Source: Selaginella moellendorffii (lineage: Eukaryota; Plantae; Lycopodiophyta). Taken from it: a stretch of DNA of 64,000 bases. The notes below the pieces were generated by a model. It had not been told where the DNA came from. It did not search any database and worked only from the letters and a program-made list of their open reading frames with translations. Numbering within the stretch: the first letter of the stretch is position 1; each line of letters opens with the position of its first letter. Position numbers and translations under genes: made by a program. Below are positions 36,464 to 48,164 of this stretch, one piece after another. The DNA is taken from NCBI RefSeq assembly GCF_000143415.4, contig NW_003314277.1, positions 2,261,193 through 2,325,192 on the forward strand. The letters run 5' to 3'.

Positions 36464-37528
36464 CCGTGCGACAGGGTTTGGACAATCGTGTTATGCCAAG
36501 GATCAGAAACGTGCGTCAGCAAGTTGTCTATGGGGCCTGTTTTCGTGAAGAAAGCTTGAACAAAAACACCAAGTATTGCTACCATGGCCAGCCTTCCTGC
36601 AACTCACATCAGGATCGGTATGAACAGCAAACCTTACTACCGTTTTTGAGTTCCTTCTCTTTCAACGTTCGTGCGTTGTTTATGTCCCTTCCTAGGCCAG
36701 CGGGATCGAAAAACGGACCTCCGGGATAGCTGCATATGGTAAAAAAATCCATTTTTCTTTCCTCAGTCATATCCAATATTCGTTTTCTTTTGGCCAGGAA
36801 TATACCCGCTTTGTAGTCCAGCAAGAGCATCCTCAAACCCCAAAAACGTATCTTGAGCCGCTTGCGAACCAGGACTGATATAATCGTAGTATCTCCTCGT
36901 TTCAGCATACCTGCAAGGTAACACAAGTGGAAGTTTTACATCTCTGTCAAGGGCTCATAAGATTTCTCCCACCCCATTAGAATCAGCTGGACTACAAACA
37001 AAGTTCGCGTGTCTGCGAACTCGAATTCTGTGGCACCGGCCTCGTACCAGACAGGCAGGTCCCTGCCTCCCACAGTCCTTAAAAGCTTCAAAAGAGCCAA
37101 GGTATTGTTTCTATAGTTGATAGAAGAGAGTGACTTACATCTGTGACGAGGATTCCAGCAATGCCAGCCATAGCAAAACGAGAATGGACGAGTTCCGCTT
37201 GCACGTACCATCGAAGGGTTTCGGGGTCTTTACCGAGCTCGAGGGGATCAAATCCAAAGTCGCCTGCGAGACTGGATGGTCGATCGATAGCAAATTTGCC
37301 ACAAAGGAGTCACACGGCCGAGAAAGCAAAGATAAGAAATGGTTGGACTTACGAGCCATCAAGATGTTGGGGTGGAGATAAGCCAGGTAGCCAGATGGGC
37401 CTTTCGTCACTGCCAGAAGATTGAGCTCGAATTGACAAGAACCGAGCACAATGTGCGTTTCGAATTCGAGGATAGCAGCTTGACGGCTGTGGAGTCCTCC
37501 ATACCATTGAAAGCCGGTTGCTATCCAT
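36460..37528 (-). CDS. LHCA5: Photosystem I light-harvesting protein Lhca5, multi-exon
   Basis: [85 protein letters not shown]. Confidence 0.9.
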
Positions 37529-38799
37529 TCCTTCCAAGAATGTTATATGCTTTTCCTATGGTCCAGATTTTAATTTGATTTTGTTTAGGTTTTGTATACA
37601 AAAAAAATTATCTACATAATTTAAGACGCAAATAGATTTCTTTGTCCCTGGAAAAAGATTAAAGATGAGTTTTTGCCTAGACTACTCGGCCCTTTGTTTT
37701 ACCTTTGTGTTGCTTTCAATGCTTTTGGTAGATACTAAAGTAATCGTCACAGGTGGATCCTCACTACAAATTGCAGGCCGTCTTAGCAACAAATTGTATC
37801 ACTCTAGCACTACTCCCAGCGTTGCGTGTGCTTTGAGGCTACAGCGCGGATGGATTATTTGGAGTGACTGTAGATGAGGCTAGTTCTCAAATATACACCG
37901 AACACGGCTGTTTCTAATTTTTTTAAAAATAATTTTAGGTTGATAGAAATTATAAAAGAATATTCATTTTTAATAAGCTTCTCTCTCACTCTTCAGCTCT
38001 CAAAAAACCTTAGGAATTCCATTTTTCAATAGAAGAGATCGTAAAGCGAGTTCCCAGTATTGCAGCAGACCAGTATCAAAATTATCAAAAGGTTTAGTTT
38101 TCAAGTAAACAGCTTACTCATGCCACATAGGGGCAAATTTGCTCGGTTCTATCGCATTTGCCTCGACGCGAGCTTTTCTAGAGATGACTCTTCTACTTCC
38201 CTCTTCTAGTTTTTTGCTTGATAATAGAGCGAGCCTGTGAAACATATCCACGATTAAATGCGAAGAAACCTTCGAGACAAGATTTACCATGTTTGGAGCT
38301 GTGTAGAAGGGATGGATTGAGAGATGAGATTTAAAATAACACATACAATGTATGTTTTTCACGAGTCTAAAAAATGATATGCTAACCCAGTAGTTTTTCT
38401 GCAATGGCCACGACCAAAGTAAAGCCTCCATAGGCCAAGCTATAACACAAAAAGGAAGACCTGGAGGTGAAGCAAACAATACATCTTCCAACTTCAGTTT
38501 CTTAGCGTCTTCATGACAGGTGCACCTCTTCAGTAACTTGCCAGAACTCGCACATAAGCTGGTGAGTGAGAAGGGACTCCCTTGGGACTATGGATGTTTG
38601 TGGGCATTTGAAACAAGCCTCATCCTGGACTTCTTTAACAGTGTGAGAGGTTTTGGTTTGGGGGCACAAGAACATTTTGGTGACAAGCAACAGGATGATG
38701 AATTTCCAAAATTGAAGGGGAGTTCCTTGATTCTTTTCCATCCCTTCTCATGGCCCCTGCTCATTCCGCAATACAGTCATAAAGGGCATTTGCAGTAAG

Positions 38800-40980
38800 T
38801 TGGAGACAAGTGTGGTGTTTAAAATATAAAATATATAAATATAAACATTATAATATAAATAGTGTAAAATATAAAATATTAATAAATACAAAATATTACA
38901 ATACAAGATGATTATCTTATGGAAAATAGTAAATATCACTAATTAATAAGAAATATAAATAAAAAGCAAAGAATAATACATGATGACTTCATATTAAAAT
39001 AAATAAATAACTTAACAAACAGTTGTGCTTATTTTTTAACAGGAGGAGCAGGAACTGAAAAATCAATGCTTTTAAATACATTTATAGAAACACTCAAATG
39101 ATATTATAAAAAAAACCAAGATATCAATAATCAACTAGGACAAACAGTATTAATAGCAGCACCTAGAGGAAAAGCAACTTATAATATAAATGGTTCAACA
39201 AAACATTCAATTTTTGCATTTCGATTAGAAGCATCAAAACAATGTCAAATAATATTAACAAATGACACATTAGATAAATATAAGAGAAAGCTTTCAACAA
39301 TAAAATCTTTAGTACCTTCACAAGGAATGATGGAAAACATTGATCACAGCAAGCAAACAGTCATTCTAAGACAAACTTGTGGAATCACAGTGCAAAGCAC
39401 AAAATCTTCTTTCAACAAAAGAAATGACAAAATTTTCATCAAGTTGGAATGAGTGTGAACTATCCAATATATAGTAGATGCCAAGTTTTGGAAAATGTAA
39501 TGCATAATCTCCACAATTGCCAATTACTCACACAATCTTAGAGTTGTGGCCTGCTCTCGGAATCATGGCCAGATTTTCCAATTACACTAACAACGCAGCC
39601 TTGACACCACCACCACCAACAATGTAAGCCACCACAAAAATACATATAACACAGAATATTAATCTATATTTGCAGCTAACAAATAAGTAAGAGAACATAA
39701 TGAAAAAAATAATACAACACATACAAGATAAAAATATAATTATAGAAGTACAAGACAAACATGGAAATTCTTGTCTTATTACCAAATGACATAAGAAAAA
39801 CACAAGAACTATATAAAATAATCTATAGCAACTATCAACAATAATCTATAGCAATAGAAGATAGATTAGTAAATAGAGCAGATGGAGTATTACAAGATGT
39901 AACTCAGATTGAAGAAGAACAAATAATATGGATAGAATTCCCAAATATAAAAATAGGTAAAAAAAACAAGAGCTAAAGAAAACATAATAATAAAGCAAAA
40001 TAATGAAAAACAAAACTGGACACCAATAAAAAAAAACAAGAATAACAAATATTACTAAAAATAAAAATTATGTTATAAGTAAAACCTAATTTCCAGTACA
40101 ACCATGCACAGGAAGAACAATACATAGAGCACAAAGACCAACAGTTATGCAATTAGGATATGACTCATATAAAACAAAATATCCAGGACAAGTATATACA
40201 ACATTATCAAGAGCATAAACACTAAAAGGTATACATTTATACAGACCAATTGAATATAAACATATTATAATCAATAAAGATGCAGCTAAAGAAATAATCA
40301 GAATGACAACAGAAGCACCATGGCAAATTGATTTGATAGATTTACCAATTATACAAGTTCTAAACACAACATCTATTATTGCTTATTGCTTATTACTGCA
40401 CATCAAGAAGATATAAAGAGTGATTCACAATTATTAACATCAGATATAATATGTATGCAAGAAGTAAGAACACAAAAACATGAGGATTTATATTTTAATA
40501 AATATAAATCATATATACATAAACAATATTGCATACAAATGGTTATAAATCAGAACAAATAGAACATTTAAAAACAGAAACAATGGCAATGTCGTATATA
40601 TCACTAGAAAAAAAAATTACAGATAATAAATTAACATAGAAAACCTGGAAAAATATACAAATATTCATAAAACAACTACAACAATATATACAGAAAATAG
40701 ATAATAAAAAACCAGTAATAATTACAGGAGATTTCAATATTGATTATCAAAAAGAAGAAGCAAAACCACTTCAAACAATAATAGAGAAAGAAGGATACAT
40801 ACAAATAATAAAAAACTAATAGATCTTATATGGATAAAAGATATAGTATATACAAAAGCAGGAGTAGTGCATACTGAACAGATCATAATAAATTATATAT
40901 CATAATAAAAAGTATTTAAAAACAAAAGCAAACCTAGCATTGCTGCATTGCAATACACAGCAATTTTATTATATACTTTT
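38800..40980 (+). mobile_element. Decayed Helentron-type rolling-circle transposon (Pif1 helicase + C-terminal APE/EEP endonuclease)
   Basis: FLTGGAGTEKS (~39035), IAAPRGKATYNINGSTKHS (~39150), FPVQPCTGRTIHRAQ and GQVYTTLSR (~40090-40215), then DIICMQE, IITGDFNID, IDLIW and TDH (40440-40890); 3' stem ATTGCTG/CAGCAAT at 40939-40964. Confidence 0.78.
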
Positions 40981-42038
40981 AAGATTAATTTGATTATTAC
41001 CAATCTATAATAATTAAATTAAAAATTAGGAATATTCATAAATATTCCTTTAAACCGATTTGCATATCTAGCTGTTGGAGTTATCAGCGTCAACTAGAAT
41101 CTCTTAATAAAAGGATCTATCAAGAGGATTGATGAATAAAACATCTTGCTATCTTGTTCTCGATTCTATCTTTCTTTCCAATACACTCTTTGAAGTCTTT
41201 ATCAAGCTTTAATTGCGTGGTACGTAGTGACCTTGCATGGCAAAGTGGGAGTTCATGGCTTCAAGAGAAGAAATGCGATCTCGTCACTACTCTTTCCCAA
41301 AGTCTGTATTGGCGAGAAAATTCTCACTGTAGAGTAAGAGTAGTGTTACTTGGTCGAGTATAAATACACAATGTGTACGCACTCGTTTAGTTCCATCTCC
41401 CATTTGTATTTCCTCCATGATGGCTTTTAAAAGCTTTGTTGCTCTTGCCATTGCCACTGTAGTCTTGATGGCGCCAAGCCTGGGAATTCTCAACACAGGT
41501 ATGCACCAAAAACAAAAAGAGCGTAAGAAGATAACTTTTCACTGTACCATTATGAGGATGACTTCTCTCCTTTGTCTCACAATCCAGAATTGGCTTTCCA
41601 TGATAACGGCGAGCTTCCACCTGATTTTATTGCAGTGGCATCGCCAGGGATCTATAACAATGGAGCACATTTACCGCCATTTACTGCACATTTCCTGTGC
41701 CGTAGTTGTGAAGCTCTGAGCAGGCATTGCAAGAATCAATAACATGAAAGTTCACTTAGCATTGTCAGCTGACCGGAGTCTTATGGGAGTCTCAAAACCA
41801 ACATGAGCTACACGATCAATTTACAAAAAAAAAAACCATCAACAAGTACAAAACTTACAGACGGAACCTCGGGTGCAGAATAAACTCCTAGAGTTTTCTG
41901 AGGGCATTTTCTTCCTGGAGGCCGTGTTGAATCATTGGCAACTGGTGAGTGGCGATCCATGCATGAAATAAATATGGTTGTGGAGCTAGCCTGGACCAGA
42001 TTACAGATCAGCCAGCTTGCTCATGGCATGGTTCTAGG

Positions 42039-42738
42039 CATAGTTGCCGGAAAACGTATGAAACTAAAAAAACGTAACGTTTTAAACGCGTTAAAAAACG
42101 CCGTTCTAAACTCCCAACGCGTTTGCACTATTTGCAAAAAGAGACAAAGGTTTCTTTAGGGTTTCTTCAGGGTTCATGTAGTCATGGCAGGAATTGGAGG
42201 ACGCCACGAATGCTGGAGCTGGAAGCATGTGATACGAGCAGAGCGGCACTGGACATGTAAGTATTGTCATGAGATTCACACTGGGGGAGCGGAGCGAGTG
42301 CGAGCACATCTTGCTGGAGTTCAGGCAAGAGGTGTGAAAACATGCAAGGCAATGAGGGAGATCCCTTATGAAGTTCTTAAAAAACCTCGCAGCAGTTTTT
42401 CCGATTTCGAGCTAGCAGACCCAGCAGATGCCGATGATGGGCATCTGCTGCAGCAAGCTGCACAGGGTTCAGGGGGGCAGCAGAATCTATGGTGGCAAGC
42501 ACAGAGAACTGGTCCAGTGCTGGGACAAGTAGAACAGCGAAATGGCTTTTTCTTTCATTTGTTTTAGTATGGGTTTTATAAACTTAATATCAGATTAAAG
42601 TGTCTTTAGTAAATATTAGTGTTTTCTTAATCATTTTAGGCTTTAACATGTAAACGTTTGATTGTCCTGAAAAAAACGTTTTAAACAGCATTTAAACATG
42701 GACGCATTTGAACGTTTGCATGTCTAGCTGCAACTATG
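42039..42738 (+). mobile_element. 700-bp non-autonomous hAT DNA transposon carrying a BED zinc-finger ORF
   Basis: 9-bp perfect TIRs CATAGTTGC/GCAACTATG; 8-bp TSD GTTCTAGG (42031-42038 and 42739-42746); ORF 42184-42567 WKH..WTCKYC..GGAERVRAHLAG..C. Confidence 0.9.
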
Positions 42739-43062
42739 GTTCTAGGGAAGCTGATGATTTGAATGAAGCTGCAAGCTTGGATCAGTGGCTGCCAGGCCTT
42801 AGAGGGTGCAATCCAAGCTTTGCAACTGGAATCCATGCAATGAAGCTTCCAAGGAAGCTCTTGCTGCAGTTTGAAAGGGCGAGTGTTAAGAGGGCTTGGG
42901 AGCATCTAGTTTGCTCCACTTGGCTACAGAGTTTCTCTTGCTTTCAATGCTTGTCCATACCAGCATTCCTATTATCCAGGAAAGGTAAAGAAATGATGAA
43001 GTGTTCCAAAATTAATAGTGGCAAGCTTATTTGAGAAATAAATATAAACAACAAATTTAAAC

Positions 43063-44913
43063 TATGAGTACATGGAATATGGAAATAAAATATAGAAATG
43101 TGCATATCAATTAGCCAAAAAATCCTAGCTTATTTACATGGTTCGAATTGAAACCAATTTTAATGGCTACCAAAATCTCATTACACTAATATTAGTATAC
43201 AGTATCATAGTTATACACTTAGACCTCACATCATCCCTTCTTTTCGGAATGATGGAAGGCTGTTAAAGTTTTTTTTATGGATAGGCCAAAATCTGAAAGA
43301 ACATCAAGAGGAGGCATCAATGGATTTATAGGTGGTGTTAGTCATTCTTGATCCCTTTGTAAAAAGTGTTTCAACTATTGCATATACACAATTTTTGCAA
43401 AATCAACTTGTTGGACGTCATGCTAAACCTTATAAATTTGTGGTTTAACTTGCCACAACACCAAATATAGTACTTTCCATTGAGTAAGGAGCCCTTTAGA
43501 TAAATCACATACCATAAGATTGAGAAAATCAACTAACATCAGGTCATCCACTTTGTACTTTACAGGTGGACGATGATGGGAGTTATAATGCTATTGTTGT
43601 CTCACTTGTACACAACTTAGGTGTTCAGCAAACTTTGCTCGGCTAAGTGGAAGAATGCTTGTTAAATATTGATCCCACAACATAGCATTATCAACTCATG
43701 GACCTTCATTTAAACATTCACCAACAGAACATTGTTGATGCCAAGGTCTCCACCTAGGAAATAGAACTAATCCAAAAAACACTAACAACTCCAATTAATG
43801 TGACCAACTTTATTATATGCCCAATAACAAATATCACAACCATGATCTTATCCTTGCCCTTATCCTTAAACTTGGGCAATAATAGCATTAACTTTCATTG
43901 AAATAGGATTATCTCCCACATATTGTGAAGGTAAAGGATGTGTAGTAAAAAGTGGAAAAGACAATGTCTTATAACGTTGTGTTGCCAAGTGAAGAGCATA
44001 ATCAAGGGTGGTTGGAGCAAGTGCATTCATAAGTTCTATAAAATTTTAACGAAATGCTAACTATTCTCAATTTGATTCATTTCGATATATTTAACTTCAC
44101 ATGAAGTAAAAAGCTTTAGAACCAAATGCCAAATTGCATCACAAACTCAAATGGCCCTTGATAAAAAGGATGCAATTGTTAAAAGGCACTGTCACAATTG
44201 TCAGCATGTCCAAATATTTATTTGAAGACATTTTGGAAAATGCTTCAATCCTCACGAGTGGCTGCGCTTAAACCATTATACCATTGAAACACTATCCCTT
44301 GGAGACACATGGGAAATTCACACAAACATTGAGTATCATCCCAAGAATAATATGTGGCAATCATCATGAAGTGATCAAACCAATGGTATACATTATCCCT
44401 AATATTCCCATGGAAGAACTCCAGTTGGACTTGAGGATTGGCAATAAGAGTATGAGGAGCTGTACCATGCGTCGTGAATGTTACTATCAATTGAGTTTGA
44501 TTGTTCAATTACAATTGCATAATATCAAACAATTACAACAACTACTGCTCGAGTCAAAAGAGGAGGAAACTACTACTTTACAATAAAGATGAATGAAAAG
44601 GAAAGAGTAGAAAAGAAGAAGGTGAAAAAAGCTATAAAAAAAAAAGAGATCTCAACAATACAAAAGCTAAATCTAAAGTAGAATCCTAAATTCAAATACT
44701 CCTCAAGGATAATTAAAGTTACCCTTTATCTCCACTAATGAGAATGCATAGAATATAGAAATAGAATATAAAAATGTGCATATCAATTAACACAAAACCC
44801 CTAATTTATATATAGGAGCGAAAGGTTTAGATTGAAACCAATCTGATAGTTATTAAAATTCTACTACGCTAATATTAATATATGGCATCATAGTCGTACA
44901 CTTGGACCTCATA
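43063..44913 (-). mobile_element. Short non-autonomous gypsy-type LTR element, copy 1
   Basis: ~170-bp LTRs at 43063-43230 and 44739-44913; gag remnant FHGNIRDNVYHWF..LQGIVFQWY (44245-44508); PBS-like and PPT-like tracts next to the LTRs. Confidence 0.75.
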
Positions 44914-45165
44914 AAAATATTTTTAATCTATTTTAATAAAAATGCTTTCCTCTTTAAATCTAATAGAATTTTGACAATATTTTTATTTTAGATATTATGC
45001 TCATATTAAGAAAGTTTCTCCATGCTTCTTTCTGGATAGTATTTAGGATCTCACCAAAATAGGTGAAAATGATAGTCTTAATTAGGACCACCATTCACTA
45101 GCTCCATGTGCACTATGTTTGAATTTTTGGTGGACGAAACCAAACATTAGATGCTTACATTGTGC

Positions 45166-45172
45166 TATAAAA
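45166..45172 (+). promoter_or_regulatory. TATA box of the Hint-domain gene
   Basis: CTATAAAA ~70 bp upstream of ATG 45240; AATAAA at 46272 after the stop. Confidence 0.55.
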
Positions 45173-45239
45173 TGGCTTGCTCTAGAGTGTTAGCAAGCAG
45201 CAGTTTTGGGCTAGCTAGATATATCATAATTCTGTTCTA

Positions 45240-46257
45240 ATGGCTTATACCAATGCTCTAATCTTCCTGACTTCTTTCATTGCCTTTGCTGCAAGCATTG
45301 CAGTGGCACAAACTTCAGCCCCTCCCACTCCACCCCCTGCCTCCCCTCCCGCTCCAGCCACTCCTCCAGGCACTGCACCCCCTCCAGGCACTCCCCCTCC
45401 CACTCCAGCAGCTCCTCCTCCAGGCACTCGACCCCCTCCACCCCTTCCAAAGGCAGGATGCTTCCCAGGTAGGGTTCATGTGAATTCACTTTTTGTCTTA
45501 CAATTTTCAAGCTATTATAGGAGATGCAACTGTTCAGATGTATAATGGAGAAATTAAGTTCGTGAGGGAGCTTAATGTCGGAGACAAGGTTGAATACTTT
45601 CACATAAATTTACAAATCTTGTCCAAGTATAACTTTTCCACAGGTTGCAGTAGGCAAGAATATCTATTCAGATGTGTATGCATTCGGCCACAAGGATGCT
45701 GATGTCATCTCCAAGTTTTTCCAAGTGCATAGCGCTTCAAACATGTTGGAACTCACTGCAGGCCACTTTGTTCCCATTGCTGTCAATGGGAAGCTCGTGT
45801 ACAAGAGAGCCGAGGACCTCAAGGTTGGAGATTCCCTGTGGGAATCATCTAAAATCACTGGTAAGGAAAGCAAAAAGCATATATATTGGTGGGATGTTTC
45901 TAACAATTCTGCGCTACTTCTCCAGAAATCTCAAAGGTTGAGAAGCTAGGCCTCTACAACCCACTCACTCTCTCTGGCAGTATCATGGTGAACAATGTTC
46001 TAGCATCCACTCACAGCGAGTGGTTCTTAGACTCCATCTTTGATGCTGTCGGTGCAACCGAGTACCTGCCATACGCATACCAGGCCGTGCTTGCTCCAGT
46101 TCGCGCCATCTACAACATCGTGGGCAAGGAAATTTATGCAAAGGGCTATGCTGCCATCGATTCCTTCACCAACATTGCTGAGTTTGGAACGAAGTATGGA
46201 GGAAGCGTTGCTCTCGCCCTTGGAATTGCTGGTCTTGTGCTGGCCTCCAAGGTGTAA
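45240..46257 (+). CDS. Secreted Pro-rich (AGP/extensin-like) peptide fused to a Hedgehog-type Hint/Hog autoprocessing domain, 281 aa, 4 exons
   Basis: Exons 45240-45468, 45521-45588, 45644-45860 and 45926-46257 (GT-AG introns of 52, 55 and 65 bp) give one open frame: signal peptide; Pro/Ala/Thr repeats; AG|CFPGDATV..VRELNVGDKV..YSDVYAFGHKD..LELTAGH..RAEDLKVGD..GLYNPLTLSGSIMVNNVLASTHS..YQAVLAPVR; hydrophobic C-tail. Confidence 0.92.
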
Positions 46258-46901
46258 ACAATTTTGGCAAGAATAAAATTTGGAAATACATACAAACGTA
46301 CAGTGCACAGACAATTATTGGGTACCTCTCACACCACCAGTAGACCAAATGTCCACTACACCGCGTTTGTTTTGTTTTGCTAACATAACTAAAACACTAA
46401 AGTTGGCATTTTATAGACATTGGCCAATTTAAATAAATTTATTATGATATTCTTTGAATTTTAGGCATTTATAATGATTAAGGAAAATATTATCATTTTA
46501 TTATTATTACGGGGTTATAGGAGCTGGATAATGGTAATCTGCCCTAGCCTCACTCCACTTAATCAGTCTTCTCTTGAGTTCCAGTCCCGAAATTCCTCCT
46601 GAAATTCATAAACTTTTAGTGGCACTATCACTTAGTAGTATCAAAAGGATGTTGATTAATCTAGTGGGCCATTTGAAGCTATTAGGTTTAAAATATATGT
46701 TTTAATTTACTTCCACCTCCAGCACATATAGTATATTTAAAAACCAGATTTTTTAAAGAAAACTAAAATTGTTGTGCATCTTATTTAACTAAATATTATT
46801 TATTATTACTTATCTCCTATTTTAGTGTTATTCCTGTTTTGGTATATATTGTACTTTATATCTATAGTTCCTTCTATTTTTTTAATACTTGATTTAAGTA
46901 T

Positions 46902-48164
46902 TGTGAGTGCATGGAATATAGAAATGAAATACAAAAATGTGCATATTAATTAGCCTAAAAACCATAGCTTATATATAGAAGTTAATGGTTCGAATTAAAA
47001 CCAAATTGACAACTACTAAAATCCCACTAAACTAATATTAATATATAGCATTGTAGCCTACATTTGGACTTCACATCCATCATAGCAATACATTTAAACC
47101 TCATATCATCCCCTCCTCTCAGAATGATGGAAGATTGTCAAAGTTTTCTCATGGATGGGTCGAGATCTAAAAAAACATCAAGAGGAGACATTGGTAGATC
47201 TATGAGTGATGCCAATTTTCCTTGATCTCTTTGTATGAAGTGTTTTAGCCACTGCATATATATAATTTCTAGATAATTAACTTGCTAGACATCATGCCAA
47301 ACCTTATAAACTTGCATTTCAACTTGCTATAACACTTAATACAGTCCTTTCCACTAAGCAAAGAGCCCTTTAGATAAACCATATATTATAAAATTAGGAA
47401 AACAGATTAACACTAAGTCATCCACTTTGCATTTTATAGATGGACGATGATGGGAGTTGTAGTGCCGTTATTGTCCCACTTGTATACGGCATAGATGTTT
47501 GGTAGACTTTGCTCAAACAAGTGGAAGAATGCTTGTTAAATACTGATCCCATGACTTAATATCAACAATTCATGGTAATTGCGAAGGTAAACCTAATTCC
47601 ATTGGTAGTATTAGATCATGATCATATAAGAGTTTATATAGTGAAACATTAACAGAATTCTACCCCTTTATGACATATGCATAATAAAGAGATGGAAAAT
47701 AACCATCTTAATCCAAATGCTGAAAGTTCATATACTTCATGATCATCTTTTTAAAAGTTCAAAAAAACTATTTTACTAAACCGTTTAATTGTGTTTTTTA
47801 ATTGTAACTACATAGTATCAAGTAATTGCACCAATTGGTGCTTCACAATCAACAGAGGAGGAGGCTACTGCTCTACCATAAAAATGAACAAAAAGGAAAG
47901 AGCAATAAAGAAGAAGGTGAGAAAAGCTATAAGAAAAAGAAGATTTAAATAATACAAGAGTTAAATTTAAACTAAAACCCCAAATCCTAGCACTCCTCAA
48001 AGATAATAAAATTGCCCTTCATCTCCACCAATGTTAGTGTATAGAATATAGAAATGTGAATATTAATTAACTTAGCTTATATATAAAAGCAAGTGATCTG
48101 AATTAAAATCAATCTAACTACCAAGATCCCACTACACTAATATGCTGTATACTTGGATCTCATA
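46902..48164 (-). mobile_element. Short non-autonomous LTR element, copy 2 (same family, internally deleted)
   Basis: LTRs at ~46902-47074 and ~48032-48164; PBS TGGTGGAGATG (matches a tRNA-Ala-type 3' end); PPT GAGAGGAGGGGATGA; possible GTAT TSD; interior homologous to 43230-43700 and 44540-44740. Confidence 0.75.

Noticed and set aside
45245-45603. Minus-strand repetitive ORFs (LEGVECLEE..., GGGAAG...)
   Set aside because: Antisense shadows of the Pro-rich repeat.
45459-46020. Calling the Hint domain a true intein
   Set aside because: No terminal His-Asn and no split host protein; motifs (GLYNPLT..G..VN..LAS, LAPVR) and the signal peptide are Hog-type.
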